Source: an uncultured virus (IMG/VR IMGVR_UViG_3300021089_000003)
Lineage: Duplodnaviria > Heunggongvirae > Uroviricota > Caudoviricetes
DNA length: 64,000 bases
Virus record (IMG/VR): IMGVR_UViG_3300021089_000003
Direction: 5' to 3' (one strand)
Shown here: in pieces, positions 36,980-47,052 of the stretch
How positions within the stretch are numbered: position 1 is the stretch's first letter
Layout of the letters: each line of letters begins with the position of its first letter
Notes under the pieces: generated by a model
What the model saw: only the letters and a program-made list of their open reading frames with translations
Databases searched by the model: none
What the model was told of the DNA's origin: nothing
Program-made: the position numbers and the translations under genes

Positions 36980-38458
36980 ATGGCATATTTAGTTAACAAA
37001 TACGACGGAACTTTACTTACAACTGTAGCAGATGGTACTATAGATCAGACTACAGACATCAGATTTATAGGTAAAAACTACGCTGGATACGGTGAAATTC
37101 AAAATGAGAATTTTTTACATATGTTGGAAAACTTCTCAGGAGCAACTTCACCTTCAAAAGCTGTTAGTGGACAACTATGGTTTGATAGTGCAAATAGCAA
37201 ATTAAAGTTTTATGATGGTACAAAATTTAGAACAACAGGTGGAGCAGAAGTAGATGCCTCAGCTCCTACAGGTTTAACTACTGGAGATTTTTGGTGGGAT
37301 ACTGGAAATGATCAATTATATGCTTGGAACGGAGCAGGATTTGTTTTAGTAGGTCCACAAGGTGTAGGATCAGTTGTTACTCAGTTCAAAAGTAGAACTG
37401 TTAAAGATACATTAAACGCAAATCATTTAATTATAGAAGGTGTTGTTAATGACAAAACAATAATTGCTATAAGTCAAACAGAATTTACACTAGGTACTTC
37501 AGATCCAAATAATTTAATTACAGGTTTTGATAAAATTAGAAAAGGAATTACTCTTGTAGACACAAAAGACGCTACAAACGGTACTACATCAACAGATCAT
37601 TATTTCTGGGGTAGTGCATCTAACTCTTTAAGATTAGGTGGAAAACTTGCCAGCGATTATCTAACTACAGGTGCAGGAACAACAACTTTTAGTGGAATTG
37701 CATCTTTTGTAGATGCAGGTTTTACAGTCGGTGATAGTAATGATCTTAGAGTATCAATTTTAAATGGTAATGAAGCTACAATTTCAAATGAAGTAGGATC
37801 AAAAATAGATTTAAAAGTAAATGTTAGTGGACAAGTTACTACAATTGCAGAAGTAACGACTACAGGTATTAATCCAGGAACTGGAAATAGAAACCTAGGG
37901 GATGCCGCTGACAAATGGTATGAAGTTCACGCAACAAGTTTCAAAGGAAATGCCGATTCGGCAACAGGAGTTTACTTTGGTCCTTCAACATATCCGGGTG
38001 CAATAACTCAAGTAGCAAATACAACAGCTCTTAGAGATGCCAATGCAGATATTACTGCAAGATATTTTGTAGGTACAGCAACTAATGCCAGTTATGCTGA
38101 CTTGGCTGAGGTATATGAAACTGATCAAGAGTATGAAATAGGTACAATTGTAAGAGTAGGTGGAGAAAAAGAAGTAACAGCAGACGGAACGACTGAAGGG
38201 TCGAGCCCAATAGGGGTTATTTCCGAAAATCCTGCATACTTAATGAATAGTGAAGGCACAGGACAACCTGTTGCTTTTGTTGGTAAAGTACCTGTTAGAG
38301 TTTTAGGCGCAGTCCAAAAAGGAAATAAAGTTTATTCTTTCGAAAATGGGGTAGGAATTGGTAAATGGAATTGGGCGGCTGGTAATATGGTAGGAATTGC
38401 TTTAGAAACCAATCAAGAGACATCAGAAAAACTAGTCCAGTGCGTTTTAAAAGTGTAA
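36980..38458 (+). CDS. Tail fibre paralog 3 with a C-terminal chaperone/autoprotease-like domain
   Basis: Shared N-terminal domain; YADLAEVY...GVISENPAYLMN...GKVPVRV. Confidence 0.75.
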   Translation: MAYLVNKYDGTLLTTVADGTIDQTTDIRFIGKNYAGYGEIQNENFLHMLENFSGATSPSKAVSGQLWFDSANSKLKFYDGTKFRTTGGAEVDASAPTGLTTGDFWWDTGNDQLYAWNGAGFVLVGPQGVGSVVTQFKSRTVKDTLNANHLIIEGVVNDKTIIAISQTEFTLGTSDPNNLITGFDKIRKGITLVDTKDATNGTTSTDHYFWGSASNSLRLGGKLASDYLTTGAGTTTFSGIASFVDAGFTVGDSNDLRVSILNGNEATISNEVGSKIDLKVNVSGQVTTIAEVTTTGINPGTGNRNLGDAADKWYEVHATSFKGNADSATGVYFGPSTYPGAITQVANTTALRDANADITARYFVGTATNASYADLAEVYETDQEYEIGTIVRVGGEKEVTADGTTEGSSPIGVISENPAYLMNSEGTGQPVAFVGKVPVRVLGAVQKGNKVYSFENGVGIGKWNWAAGNMVGIALETNQETSEKLVQCVLKV

Positions 38459-38477
38459 ATAATTCAAAGGAATACAA

Positions 38478-39365
38478 ATGGCACTAGTAACAGCTGAAAG
38501 ATACAATAATTTAAGACAAAGCGTGTTTTCTGTTTTATCAACAGGAACAGGCGATTCTGGTTACGGACAAAGTTTAACTAGTTCTTCTGTATCAACAGGT
38601 AATTTAGTCCAAGCACTTCATATTAATAACATTTACGAAGATGTTAGAAAATGTTATAAACATCAAAATGGCGGTGACCCTACAACAGGGCAACTTCAAG
38701 AAGTTTCTTCTTCAGATTTAATTACAGATGATGATGCAACAAATTATAAAGGGTGGGATCAATACGAAGCCTTAGCATCAAACATTGCAACAAACAGACT
38801 AACAGCTCACGTAAATCAAATAGCAGTAAACAGTTCAGCGTCTTCTAAAACTAGAAGTTCTAGTTGGAATGGAACAATTATACACGTTTTTACTGTTACA
38901 TTTACTGATGAAAATGCTAGAAGATATTTTTTTAACTCAGGAGGTACAGTAAGAATAACTGGAGTTGTGAACACAGGTAGTACAAAAGATAATGATTGGA
39001 ATACTATGTTGTCAAGTTGTGGTACTATAGCTTTTGGTGCCAATGGCACAACACAAACTTCTGGTAATCCAATAGGAACGGTAGCAACTGCGTTAGGAAA
39101 TTATCAAATAACAGCATCGTACCAAGATATATTTTCGGCAATAGATGCTGGAGGTGGATCATATTCTGCAAATGACTTTAAAATTGAAGCCAAATTAGAT
39201 GGAACTAATAAAATTTGGTTTACAATGACATATTCAGATGAAGCTACTGGTAATATTGATGAAGATGTTAGTAATGCTACTGCAACAATTGATTATGGTT
39301 TGGCACAAACTGACGTAATTGGTACTGCACCGGCTTTTGCAATTGACGGAACTAGCACTCTATAA
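38478..39365 (+). CDS. Virion structural protein
   Basis: SGYGQ and ARRYFFNSGG motifs; Thr/Ser-rich; late TAAATA at 38456-38461. Confidence 0.55.
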   Translation: MALVTAERYNNLRQSVFSVLSTGTGDSGYGQSLTSSSVSTGNLVQALHINNIYEDVRKCYKHQNGGDPTTGQLQEVSSSDLITDDDATNYKGWDQYEALASNIATNRLTAHVNQIAVNSSASSKTRSSSWNGTIIHVFTVTFTDENARRYFFNSGGTVRITGVVNTGSTKDNDWNTMLSSCGTIAFGANGTTQTSGNPIGTVATALGNYQITASYQDIFSAIDAGGGSYSANDFKIEAKLDGTNKIWFTMTYSDEATGNIDEDVSNATATIDYGLAQTDVIGTAPAFAIDGTSTL

Positions 39366-39379
39366 TACCAAATTCCAAC

Positions 39380-39408
39380 TTGATTAAATTCACAAATCCT
39401 GTTATAAT
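39380..39408 (+). promoter_or_regulatory. sigma70-type promoter heading the glycosyltransferase/radical SAM operon
   Basis: TTGATT-17 nt-TATAAT. Confidence 0.75.
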
Positions 39409-39423
39409 CGCAATAGAAAACGT

Positions 39424-39771
39424 ATGGAAGAAATACAACAAAAAGCCTTGCGACTTGCGGATAGATTAAAAGTCCACAATAACCAAACTAGAATTCTGAA
39501 AGAAAAGTTTGTGGATTCTAATATCCATTTCCATGAAGGTCATCAATTTACGGTTAATGTGGCATTAATCAATTATTGTAAGGGGCTATTAGATTTAAAC
39601 AAAGACAAAGATGTTATTATATTAGATGATTATAAAATTCCTGTTAAAGTAGATAAAATACAGGACTTTTTTGACAATATTTCCGATTTATATCAAAGAA
39701 ATCTTAATTCTTATTGGCTAGAATACAATAAGTTAAAAAAGTCAAAAGGGGAAATATTAAAAGATGACTAA
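39424..39771 (+). CDS. Hypothetical protein
   Basis: First ORF after the promoter; overlaps the next gene. Confidence 0.6.
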   Translation: MEEIQQKALRLADRLKVHNNQTRILKEKFVDSNIHFHEGHQFTVNVALINYCKGLLDLNKDKDVIILDDYKIPVKVDKIQDFFDNISDLYQRNLNSYWLEYNKLKKSKGEILKDD

Positions 39772-40618
39772 AGGTATATTACTATTTGCTCATAATAATA
39801 ATTTAATAGATTATGTATCACAAGCAATCTTTTGTTGTGAACAAATTAAAAAACATTTAAACATACCAGTAAGTTTGGTAACATCGAATACAGTGCCTCC
39901 GGACAAAATTTCCTTGTTTGACAAAATTATTTCTATTAAAAATATTAATACACATCAAACTAAATCATTCCTAGACGGTTCTACAAACAAATACAATGCA
40001 TTATGGCATAACTTTTCAAGACCCGATTGTTATGATTTAACACCGTATGATGAAACTATTGTTATGGATACAGATTATATTGTAGGTAATGATAATCTTT
40101 TAAAATGTTTTCAATCAAATGCAGACTTTTTAATTAACAAAGATGCGGAATATATTAACTATCAGCACAGAGATGATTTAACTGATATAGATGTTAGTGA
40201 TTCTAGTATTCCTATGTACTGGGCTACTGTATTTTATTTTAAAAAGACAGAAAAAATGAAAACTTTCTTTGAATTAATTAAACACATTAAAAACAATTGG
40301 TCATTTTACAGGTTCACATATCAAATAATAGGACAAAATTATAGAAATGATCATTCTTTTAGTATTGCTATTCATATGTTTAATGATTTTCAAGAAACTA
40401 ATTGGCCTATGAACTTACCAAGTAAGCTATATTACATAACAGATAGAGATGATATTGTACATTTTGATGGAAACTGGGAATTAATGTTATCAATTGACAC
40501 TAAAAAATATTACCCTTGTACCGTTAATGGTATGAGCCTACATATTATGAACAAGTTAGCATTAAATCGTGCAATAATGTATGATCGTTGGATAAAAGAG
40601 GATTATGATAAAAAATAA
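39764..40618 (+). CDS. GT-A fold glycosyltransferase
   Basis: GILLFA, YDLTPYDETIVMDTD (DxD), YWATVFYF, RNDHSFSIA. Confidence 0.75.
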   Translation: MTKGILLFAHNNNLIDYVSQAIFCCEQIKKHLNIPVSLVTSNTVPPDKISLFDKIISIKNINTHQTKSFLDGSTNKYNALWHNFSRPDCYDLTPYDETIVMDTDYIVGNDNLLKCFQSNADFLINKDAEYINYQHRDDLTDIDVSDSSIPMYWATVFYFKKTEKMKTFFELIKHIKNNWSFYRFTYQIIGQNYRNDHSFSIAIHMFNDFQETNWPMNLPSKLYYITDRDDIVHFDGNWELMLSIDTKKYYPCTVNGMSLHIMNKLALNRAIMYDRWIKEDYDKK

Positions 40619-41453
40619 AGGGTATCTTATTTTTGTACAGTCAAATAAAAGTACTGATTACTTTAAACAAGCAGTTGCATTGTCTATGAGTATAAAATTA
40701 CATAATAAAAATGCAAATGTATGTTTAATGACCAATATTAATGTACCTAATAATTTAAAAAAGTGTTTTAATAGCATTATAGGTATACCAGGTGATGATT
40801 ATGCAGAAGAAAGCATATGGAAAGTAGAAAATAGATGTAAAATTTATAATGCATCACCGTATGATGAAACAATAGTACTTGATGCTGATATGCTGGTCTT
40901 AGAAAACATAGACCATTGGTGGAAATTTTTAGATAACTTTGATTTGTATTTTACATCGCAAGTAAAAACATATAAAAACAAATTTGCAGTATCAGACTTT
41001 TATAGAAAAGCATTTACGAAGAATAATTTACCGAATTTGTATTGTGGTATGCATTATTTTAAAAAAACAAAAAATAATTTTAATTTTTTTGCTTTGGTTG
41101 AACATATAATAAAAAATTATGAAATATATTATAAAAGATTTACCCCTATGAATACGCAAAGATGGTGTAGTATGGATTTATCTGTAGCAATAGCAAGTCA
41201 TTTAATTAATAATGCTAATAATATAACTTCTAAAGTAAATTTTTTAACATTTACACATATGAAGCCACATATACAAAATTGGAAACATAAAACTAATGCT
41301 TGGATGTCTTATGTAAACTCTTATTTTGATGATGATTGCAATTTAAAAATAGGAAATTATAAACAGAATGGAATATTTCATTATGTAGATCCTGGATTTT
41401 TAACAAATGAACTATTTAATAAGTTGGAGAACAAATGCAAAGAACTGATTTAA
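40605..41453 (+). CDS. GT-A fold glycosyltransferase (paralog of the previous gene)
   Basis: YNASPYDETIVLDADM, FTHMKP. Confidence 0.75.
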   Translation: MIKNKGYLIFVQSNKSTDYFKQAVALSMSIKLHNKNANVCLMTNINVPNNLKKCFNSIIGIPGDDYAEESIWKVENRCKIYNASPYDETIVLDADMLVLENIDHWWKFLDNFDLYFTSQVKTYKNKFAVSDFYRKAFTKNNLPNLYCGMHYFKKTKNNFNFFALVEHIIKNYEIYYKRFTPMNTQRWCSMDLSVAIASHLINNANNITSKVNFLTFTHMKPHIQNWKHKTNAWMSYVNSYFDDDCNLKIGNYKQNGIFHYVDPGFLTNELFNKLENKCKELI

Positions 41454-42034
41454 CATTTAGACCTATTATACAAAAACAAAAATGGTATTTTAGTTTTAAT
41501 AAAGATACCGGGCAAGTTCTTAATTGTAGTGTAACTAAGAAAGGAAACTCTGTAGAAATATCAGAGTCTTTAGGACACGATATTGCTATTGGGTTAAAAA
41601 ATTTATCTCAATATGTAGTAATTTTACAAGATGGAAAATATATTGTTAAGTCTAAAACAGAAATGGATGGAATAGAGTATGAAATTTCGTCACCTAAAAA
41701 AGCAGAAAATAGAAATGTATATAAAATAGACTCTAATAATATAGATGATAAAATTTCATTTAAATTAGATATGAAAAATAAGCAATGGAATATTAAAATT
41801 AATGATAATTTAGGACAAGAAATAGAAAATACGTTAGATATGTCAAAAAATATAATTTTAAATTTTTATGTTACTAAAAAAGATGATGCTAATATATTAG
41901 ATTATGTATTACCTGTAAGTTTAAACAATTTAATTAAACAAAAAACACTTACAATGGAGCATAAAAGTAATAATATTCCTTCTTTATATTGTCGGAAACT
42001 TTATGATTATAGTTATGAGGTAGTTAATGGATAG
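41435..42034 (+). CDS. Hypothetical protein
   Basis: Overlaps both neighbours in the operon. Confidence 0.6.
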   Translation: MQRTDLTFRPIIQKQKWYFSFNKDTGQVLNCSVTKKGNSVEISESLGHDIAIGLKNLSQYVVILQDGKYIVKSKTEMDGIEYEISSPKKAENRNVYKIDSNNIDDKISFKLDMKNKQWNIKINDNLGQEIENTLDMSKNIILNFYVTKKDDANILDYVLPVSLNNLIKQKTLTMEHKSNNIPSLYCRKLYDYSYEVVNG

Positions 42035-42974
42035 AATTAAAATTCAAGATTGTGATTTAGTATTTTTAAGTTATGACGAACCTAATGCTGAAAGGAATTA
42101 TGCGGATCTTAAGAAAAAATTTCCTTGGGCTAAACGAGTTCAAGGTGTAACAGGATTAGATGCGGCCCATAAAGCGTGTGCAGATATATCTGAAGTAGAA
42201 AGATTTGTTACAATAGATGGTGATACTATTGTAGATAAAGATTTTCTAGATGTTGAAATAGATTTAAAAGCATTAGGCGTAGATAATACATATATGTTTA
42301 GCTGGTGTGGTAACATTGATTTAAATGGATTAAAATATGGTAATGGTAGTTTAAAATTGTGGACAAAAGATTTTGTTAAAAATATGAAAACTCATGAAAA
42401 TCATGATGGCAAAGATAAAAATTCAGTAGAGTTTTGTCATTTCCCTAATTATTATCAGTTTAACGAAAATTATTCTACAAGTTATATTAATGCTAGTCCT
42501 TTACAAGCCTGGAGATCAGGTTTTAGAGAAGGAGTAAAAATGAGCATTGATAGAAATGCTAGAGCATCAAAACTAAAAACTTTGTGGTGGCAAAATTATC
42601 ATAGATTATTAGTGTGGATGTCGGTAGGAGCAGATGTAGAAAACGGTCTATGGTCAATATATGGAGCAAGAATGGGCTGTCATAAAGTTGTTTGTACTGA
42701 TTGGGATATAAATTTAGTAAGAGATTTTGAATATCTTTTATCTGAATGGCAACCAAACAAAATGGGAAGTGGAGATAGTTTAGAAGCAAAAAGGCCTAAA
42801 CATTCTAAGTTAAATGAAGTAGAAATAATGGCTGAAATAATAAAATTAGGACACGAAATTAGAAATAGAGAAGAAATAGATTTACCTGTATTACCTTTGT
42901 CTACAGAACAAAGTAAGTTTTTTAAATCTGTTTATATGAATAGCCCAAGAATTTTTAAGAAAAGGACCATATAA
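42027..42974 (+). CDS. GT2-like glycosyltransferase
   Basis: FLSYDEPNA, AAHKACA, TIDGD, YGNGSLKLW, AWRSGFREGVK. Confidence 0.65.
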   Translation: MDRIKIQDCDLVFLSYDEPNAERNYADLKKKFPWAKRVQGVTGLDAAHKACADISEVERFVTIDGDTIVDKDFLDVEIDLKALGVDNTYMFSWCGNIDLNGLKYGNGSLKLWTKDFVKNMKTHENHDGKDKNSVEFCHFPNYYQFNENYSTSYINASPLQAWRSGFREGVKMSIDRNARASKLKTLWWQNYHRLLVWMSVGADVENGLWSIYGARMGCHKVVCTDWDINLVRDFEYLLSEWQPNKMGSGDSLEAKRPKHSKLNEVEIMAEIIKLGHEIRNREEIDLPVLPLSTEQSKFFKSVYMNSPRIFKKRTI

Positions 42975-43681
42975 TGTATGATATTGTTTTTATAAGCTAT
43001 AAAGAAGTTAATGCTGACAAGCACTTTAATGAATTATATAAAAGATTTCCTGTAGTTCAACGGGTAGATGGTGTACAAGGAATTCATAAAGCACATAAAA
43101 CAGCCGCAAGTAAATGTTTGACAAAAATGTTTTGGGTCGTTGATGGTGATGCTAAAGTATTAGATGATTTTAATTTTGATTTTATGCCTGAAAAAAGAAA
43201 TGAAAATGTAGTACACGTCTGGAGAAGTAAAAATCCAATTAATAATTTAGAATATGGGTACGGTGGTGTAAAACTTTTACCTCGTAGATTAACATTAGAA
43301 ATGAAAGAAGATACTACAGATATGACAACTAGTATTAGTAACAGATTTAGAGCAATGGAACAAGTTTCTAATATTAGCGTATTCAATACAAATGCGTTTA
43401 ATACTTTTAAATCGGCATTTAGAGAGTGTGTAAAATTAAGTAGTAAAGTAATTGATAGAGGTGATGATAAAGAAACAGATAGTAGATTAGATGTTTGGTG
43501 TACCGTTGGAAAAGATAAACTGTTTGGGTCATATGCAATTAAAGGAGCGTTAGCAGGAAAAGAATACGGATCTGAAAGTAAAGATTTACCAAGTAAATTA
43601 AAATTAATTAATAATTTTACGTGGTTAAAAGAATATTACAAATATAAAATGAAGGATAGTGTTTGTGGATTATCAAAATAA
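42974..43681 (+). CDS. GT2-like glycosyltransferase (paralog)
   Basis: FISYKEVNA, KAHKTAA, VVDGD, YGYGGVKL, FKSAFRECVK. Confidence 0.65.
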   Translation: MYDIVFISYKEVNADKHFNELYKRFPVVQRVDGVQGIHKAHKTAASKCLTKMFWVVDGDAKVLDDFNFDFMPEKRNENVVHVWRSKNPINNLEYGYGGVKLLPRRLTLEMKEDTTDMTTSISNRFRAMEQVSNISVFNTNAFNTFKSAFRECVKLSSKVIDRGDDKETDSRLDVWCTVGKDKLFGSYAIKGALAGKEYGSESKDLPSKLKLINNFTWLKEYYKYKMKDSVCGLSK

Positions 43682-44651
43682 TATACCATTTAATGATATA
43701 GTCAAATTCGGACAAAAAACTATGTTAGAACAAAATGTGTTCTCTGTTAGTTGGATTCTTGGAAGATTTTGTAATTATGACTGTAGCTATTGTTGGCCTT
43801 ATGCTAAAAGTAAAGTTTTAGATCATAGACCATTAGAACAATATCAAAGTACTATGAAAGAAATTAAAAAACAAGCAGGTGAAAATGGATTTAGTAAATT
43901 TCATTTTAGTTTTAGTGGAGGAGAACCTACAGCATACAAAGGGTTAATAAATTTATTAGAATATTATGCTGAACCTTCTAGTGAATATCTTAGTGTTCAT
44001 ATGACTAGTAATTGTAGTCCGGGTCTTAAATGGTGGAGTCGTTGGTTGGATGCAACTTACCCTTTAGATCGGAGAGGTATTACAGCAAGTTACCATGCAG
44101 AATTTTCTAATGAAGAAGACTTTGGAAATAAACTTAAATTTTTGCAAGAACAAGGTGTGTTAATAACAATCAATCAAGTTATGGTGCCCGATAGATGGGA
44201 TGAATACTTTGATAGATGTAAAAGATTTAAAGATAAAGGATTACACGTTACTCTTAAACCTCAAAGTGATACTACAGCAAGTTATATTGTAGATGGTTAT
44301 ACAGAAGAACAAGTTAATATATTACAAAATGAAATGAACCATGAAGCAAAACAATTAATATTGTTTGATAATTTAGGAAAACAATATGAAATAGACCAAG
44401 CAGAAAGACTTAATGCATTTGGATTTAATAAATTTAAAGGTTGGAGTTGTAATGCAGGCTATCAAAGTTGCATAATAAGAGAGCCAGGAGGAGAAATTAA
44501 AAGAGGGTACAGTTGTCATGACAAACCGTTAGGAACTATAGAAGGTGGTTTTAAATTATTTGATAAACCACAAGTTTGTATAACACCGTCGTGTGTAAGT
44601 TCAGCTGATTCGAAAATACCAAAGGAAAAAAATTTAAATGGAACTTTGTAA
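43659..44651 (+). CDS. Radical SAM enzyme with C-terminal Cys cluster
   Basis: CNYDCSYC, SGGEPT, FKGWSCNAG..C..C..C. Confidence 0.9.
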   Translation: MFVDYQNNIPFNDIVKFGQKTMLEQNVFSVSWILGRFCNYDCSYCWPYAKSKVLDHRPLEQYQSTMKEIKKQAGENGFSKFHFSFSGGEPTAYKGLINLLEYYAEPSSEYLSVHMTSNCSPGLKWWSRWLDATYPLDRRGITASYHAEFSNEEDFGNKLKFLQEQGVLITINQVMVPDRWDEYFDRCKRFKDKGLHVTLKPQSDTTASYIVDGYTEEQVNILQNEMNHEAKQLILFDNLGKQYEIDQAERLNAFGFNKFKGWSCNAGYQSCIIREPGGEIKRGYSCHDKPLGTIEGGFKLFDKPQVCITPSCVSSADSKIPKEKNLNGTL

Positions 44652-44829
44652 TTATAAATGTATAGTAACAAAAGGTAAAAAGGAAGTAATATGGCATTAT
44701 AGTTTGCCATATAAAATGATAGAGGAAGAAGTTGATCAACATTATAAAGAAGGTGCTGACGCAGTAGAATTAGAAATGATTACACAAACAGAGTTTGATG
44801 ATTTATTACCAAAGGAAGAAGATGTATAA
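44638..44829 (+). CDS. Small acidic protein (63 aa)
   Basis: AAGGA SD; fills the gap between two radical SAM genes and overlaps both. Confidence 0.55.
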   Translation: MELCNYKCIVTKGKKEVIWHYSLPYKMIEEEVDQHYKEGADAVELEMITQTEFDDLLPKEEDV

Positions 44830-45811
44830 TTATACAGAAATAAAAGATGTGCATTTAGAAATTACTAGCAAATGTCAAGCTAGATGTCCTATGTGTCCTA
44901 GAAGAATAGGTGGAGGTCCTTTAAATCCATTAATACATCTTGTAGAGATTAATTTAGACACATTTAAAAAATGGTTCCCAACAGAATTCTTAATTCAACT
45001 AGATAGTTTATTCATGTGTGGTAATTTAGGAGATCCTATAATTGCACAGGATACGTTAGAAATTTATCAGTACATTAGAAGTATTAATCCAAAAATTAGA
45101 TTAGCTATGCACACAAATGGTAGTGCTAGAGATATAAATTGGTGGGAAGAGTTAGCTAAAGAAAAAGTAAAAATAACTTTTGGCATAGACGGTTTGGCAG
45201 ATACTCATCATCTGTATCGTGTTTCTACTGACTGGAAAAAAATAATTACAAATGCTAAAGCATTTATTAAAGCAGGTGGTTTTGCAAAATGGCATATGTT
45301 GGTTTTTAAACATAATGAACACCAAGTTGAAGAATGCCAAAAAATGAGCAAGGAATTAGGTTTTAAATCTTTTAGTTATAAACATACATCAAGATTTAAA
45401 AATGATAAATTTCATGCTATAGACGACTCAGGAAAGACAACGCATATATTGGAGCCAAGTAAAAAAAGTTTTGAAATGATAGCTAAAATGCAAGAAGCAA
45501 AAATAACTTCTTGCGTCATAGATTGTAAAGCTAAAAAATATAGTCAAATATATATTTCAGCAGATGGTACTGTTAGTCCTTGTTGTTGGTTAGATTTGCA
45601 ATGGACATTGCCTACACAAGACTCAAGGGTAGATTATATGGATCAAATAGGAGAATTTACTAATTTGCATAACAAATCTTTAAAAGAAATATTTGATTCG
45701 CAATTTTTTAGAAAGATAGAAGATACTTGGACAGATAAACCTTTAATGGAATGTTCAAAACAATGTGGAAAATTTGATAGATTAGGAGAACAATTTGAAA
45801 CTCAATATTAA
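44822..45811 (+). CDS. Radical SAM/SPASM-twitch enzyme
   Basis: CQARCPMC, GNLGDP, HTNG, IDG, GTVSPCCW, ECSKQC. Confidence 0.9.
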   Translation: MYNYTEIKDVHLEITSKCQARCPMCPRRIGGGPLNPLIHLVEINLDTFKKWFPTEFLIQLDSLFMCGNLGDPIIAQDTLEIYQYIRSINPKIRLAMHTNGSARDINWWEELAKEKVKITFGIDGLADTHHLYRVSTDWKKIITNAKAFIKAGGFAKWHMLVFKHNEHQVEECQKMSKELGFKSFSYKHTSRFKNDKFHAIDDSGKTTHILEPSKKSFEMIAKMQEAKITSCVIDCKAKKYSQIYISADGTVSPCCWLDLQWTLPTQDSRVDYMDQIGEFTNLHNKSLKEIFDSQFFRKIEDTWTDKPLMECSKQCGKFDRLGEQFETQY

Positions 45812-46406
45812 AGATGTGATGTACTGGATGGATGCTATCAGAGGCTCTGATGACAAATATAAAACGTTAGAAAGTTTTTGGAAAGGACAAATATCTAGTA
45901 AAGTTTGGTTAATTGAACAACTTAACGATATAATAAAACCTATTAACGCAAATGTTCTTATATGTGGCGGCTGGTATGGTGTAATGGCTACACTATTGTT
46001 CAATAGTAATTTTAAAGTGAATAAAATTAGGAGTATAGATATTGATCCAGGGTGTAAACCTATTGCACTTAATATGAATAAACATTATGAAATTAATGGA
46101 AAATTTAAAGCAGATACTTGTGATATGATAGATTTTAAAAATTATAATGATTATGATATGATTATTAATACAGTGTGTGAGCATATGTCATGGGATCAAT
46201 ATAATAAATGGTTGGAAAATATTCCTAAAGATAAATTAATAATTTTACAAAGTAATAATTTTAAAGAACATAAAGAACATATTAGTTGTGTAGATAATAT
46301 TGAAGATTTTAAAAAGAAATGTACATTAACTAATATTTTGTATTCAGGTACATTAGAATTACCTAAATATGAAAGGTATATGGTGATAGGAAAAAAGAAT
46401 GTCTGA
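45795..46406 (+). CDS. Class I SAM-dependent methyltransferase
   Basis: VLICGGWYG, SIDIDP, INTVCEHM. Confidence 0.8.
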   Translation: MKLNIKDVMYWMDAIRGSDDKYKTLESFWKGQISSKVWLIEQLNDIIKPINANVLICGGWYGVMATLLFNSNFKVNKIRSIDIDPGCKPIALNMNKHYEINGKFKADTCDMIDFKNYNDYDMIINTVCEHMSWDQYNKWLENIPKDKLIILQSNNFKEHKEHISCVDNIEDFKKKCTLTNILYSGTLELPKYERYMVIGKKNV

Positions 46407-47052
46407 ACAATTAACACAAGAAATTATTAATAAATTTATAAATCGTGAACTGGGATGGTTACGATTAGATGTAAGTTTTCCTGAAATAGAAAAAGAATTA
46501 GTTAAAGTAGAACCTTATTATGTAGAACACAGAGAAGGAGAAAATCATAAAGGTTGGGAAAGTTGTTGTTTGCATGGTTTAGATGTGAATAAAACGCAAG
46601 TAGCAAAAGAATATGGACATGAAGATGAATTAAATGCTCCTTATAAATGGACAACATTAAAAAAATTATGTCCTGAAACTGTAAAATTTTGGGATGAGTT
46701 TCCTGCAGAAAAATATTCTAGGATAAGATTTATGAAATTGAGACCGGGAGGAAGTGTGTCTAATCATAATGATCATCCAGGAACAATGATACCTAAAGAT
46801 TTAATGAATTATCTTATACCAATTAATGTAGCTATACAACATCCATCGGAATGTGTTATGCATTTACAGGATCATGGTACTGTACCGTTTAAAGACGGAA
46901 GAGTTTATATGGTTAACATTTTAAAAAATCATCAAGTTAGTAATAATTCTATGATAGATAGAATTCATATGATTGCTCAAATACACGTAGGAAATAAAAG
47001 AAAAGAATTTACAGATTTAATAGCAAGGAGTTGGAACAAATATGGCATATAA
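46399..47052 (+). CDS. 2OG-Fe(II) oxygenase, Asp/Asn beta-hydroxylase-like
   Basis: RIRFMKLRPGG..HND, HQVSN...RIHMI. Confidence 0.8.
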   Translation: MSEQLTQEIINKFINRELGWLRLDVSFPEIEKELVKVEPYYVEHREGENHKGWESCCLHGLDVNKTQVAKEYGHEDELNAPYKWTTLKKLCPETVKFWDEFPAEKYSRIRFMKLRPGGSVSNHNDHPGTMIPKDLMNYLIPINVAIQHPSECVMHLQDHGTVPFKDGRVYMVNILKNHQVSNNSMIDRIHMIAQIHVGNKRKEFTDLIARSWNKYGI

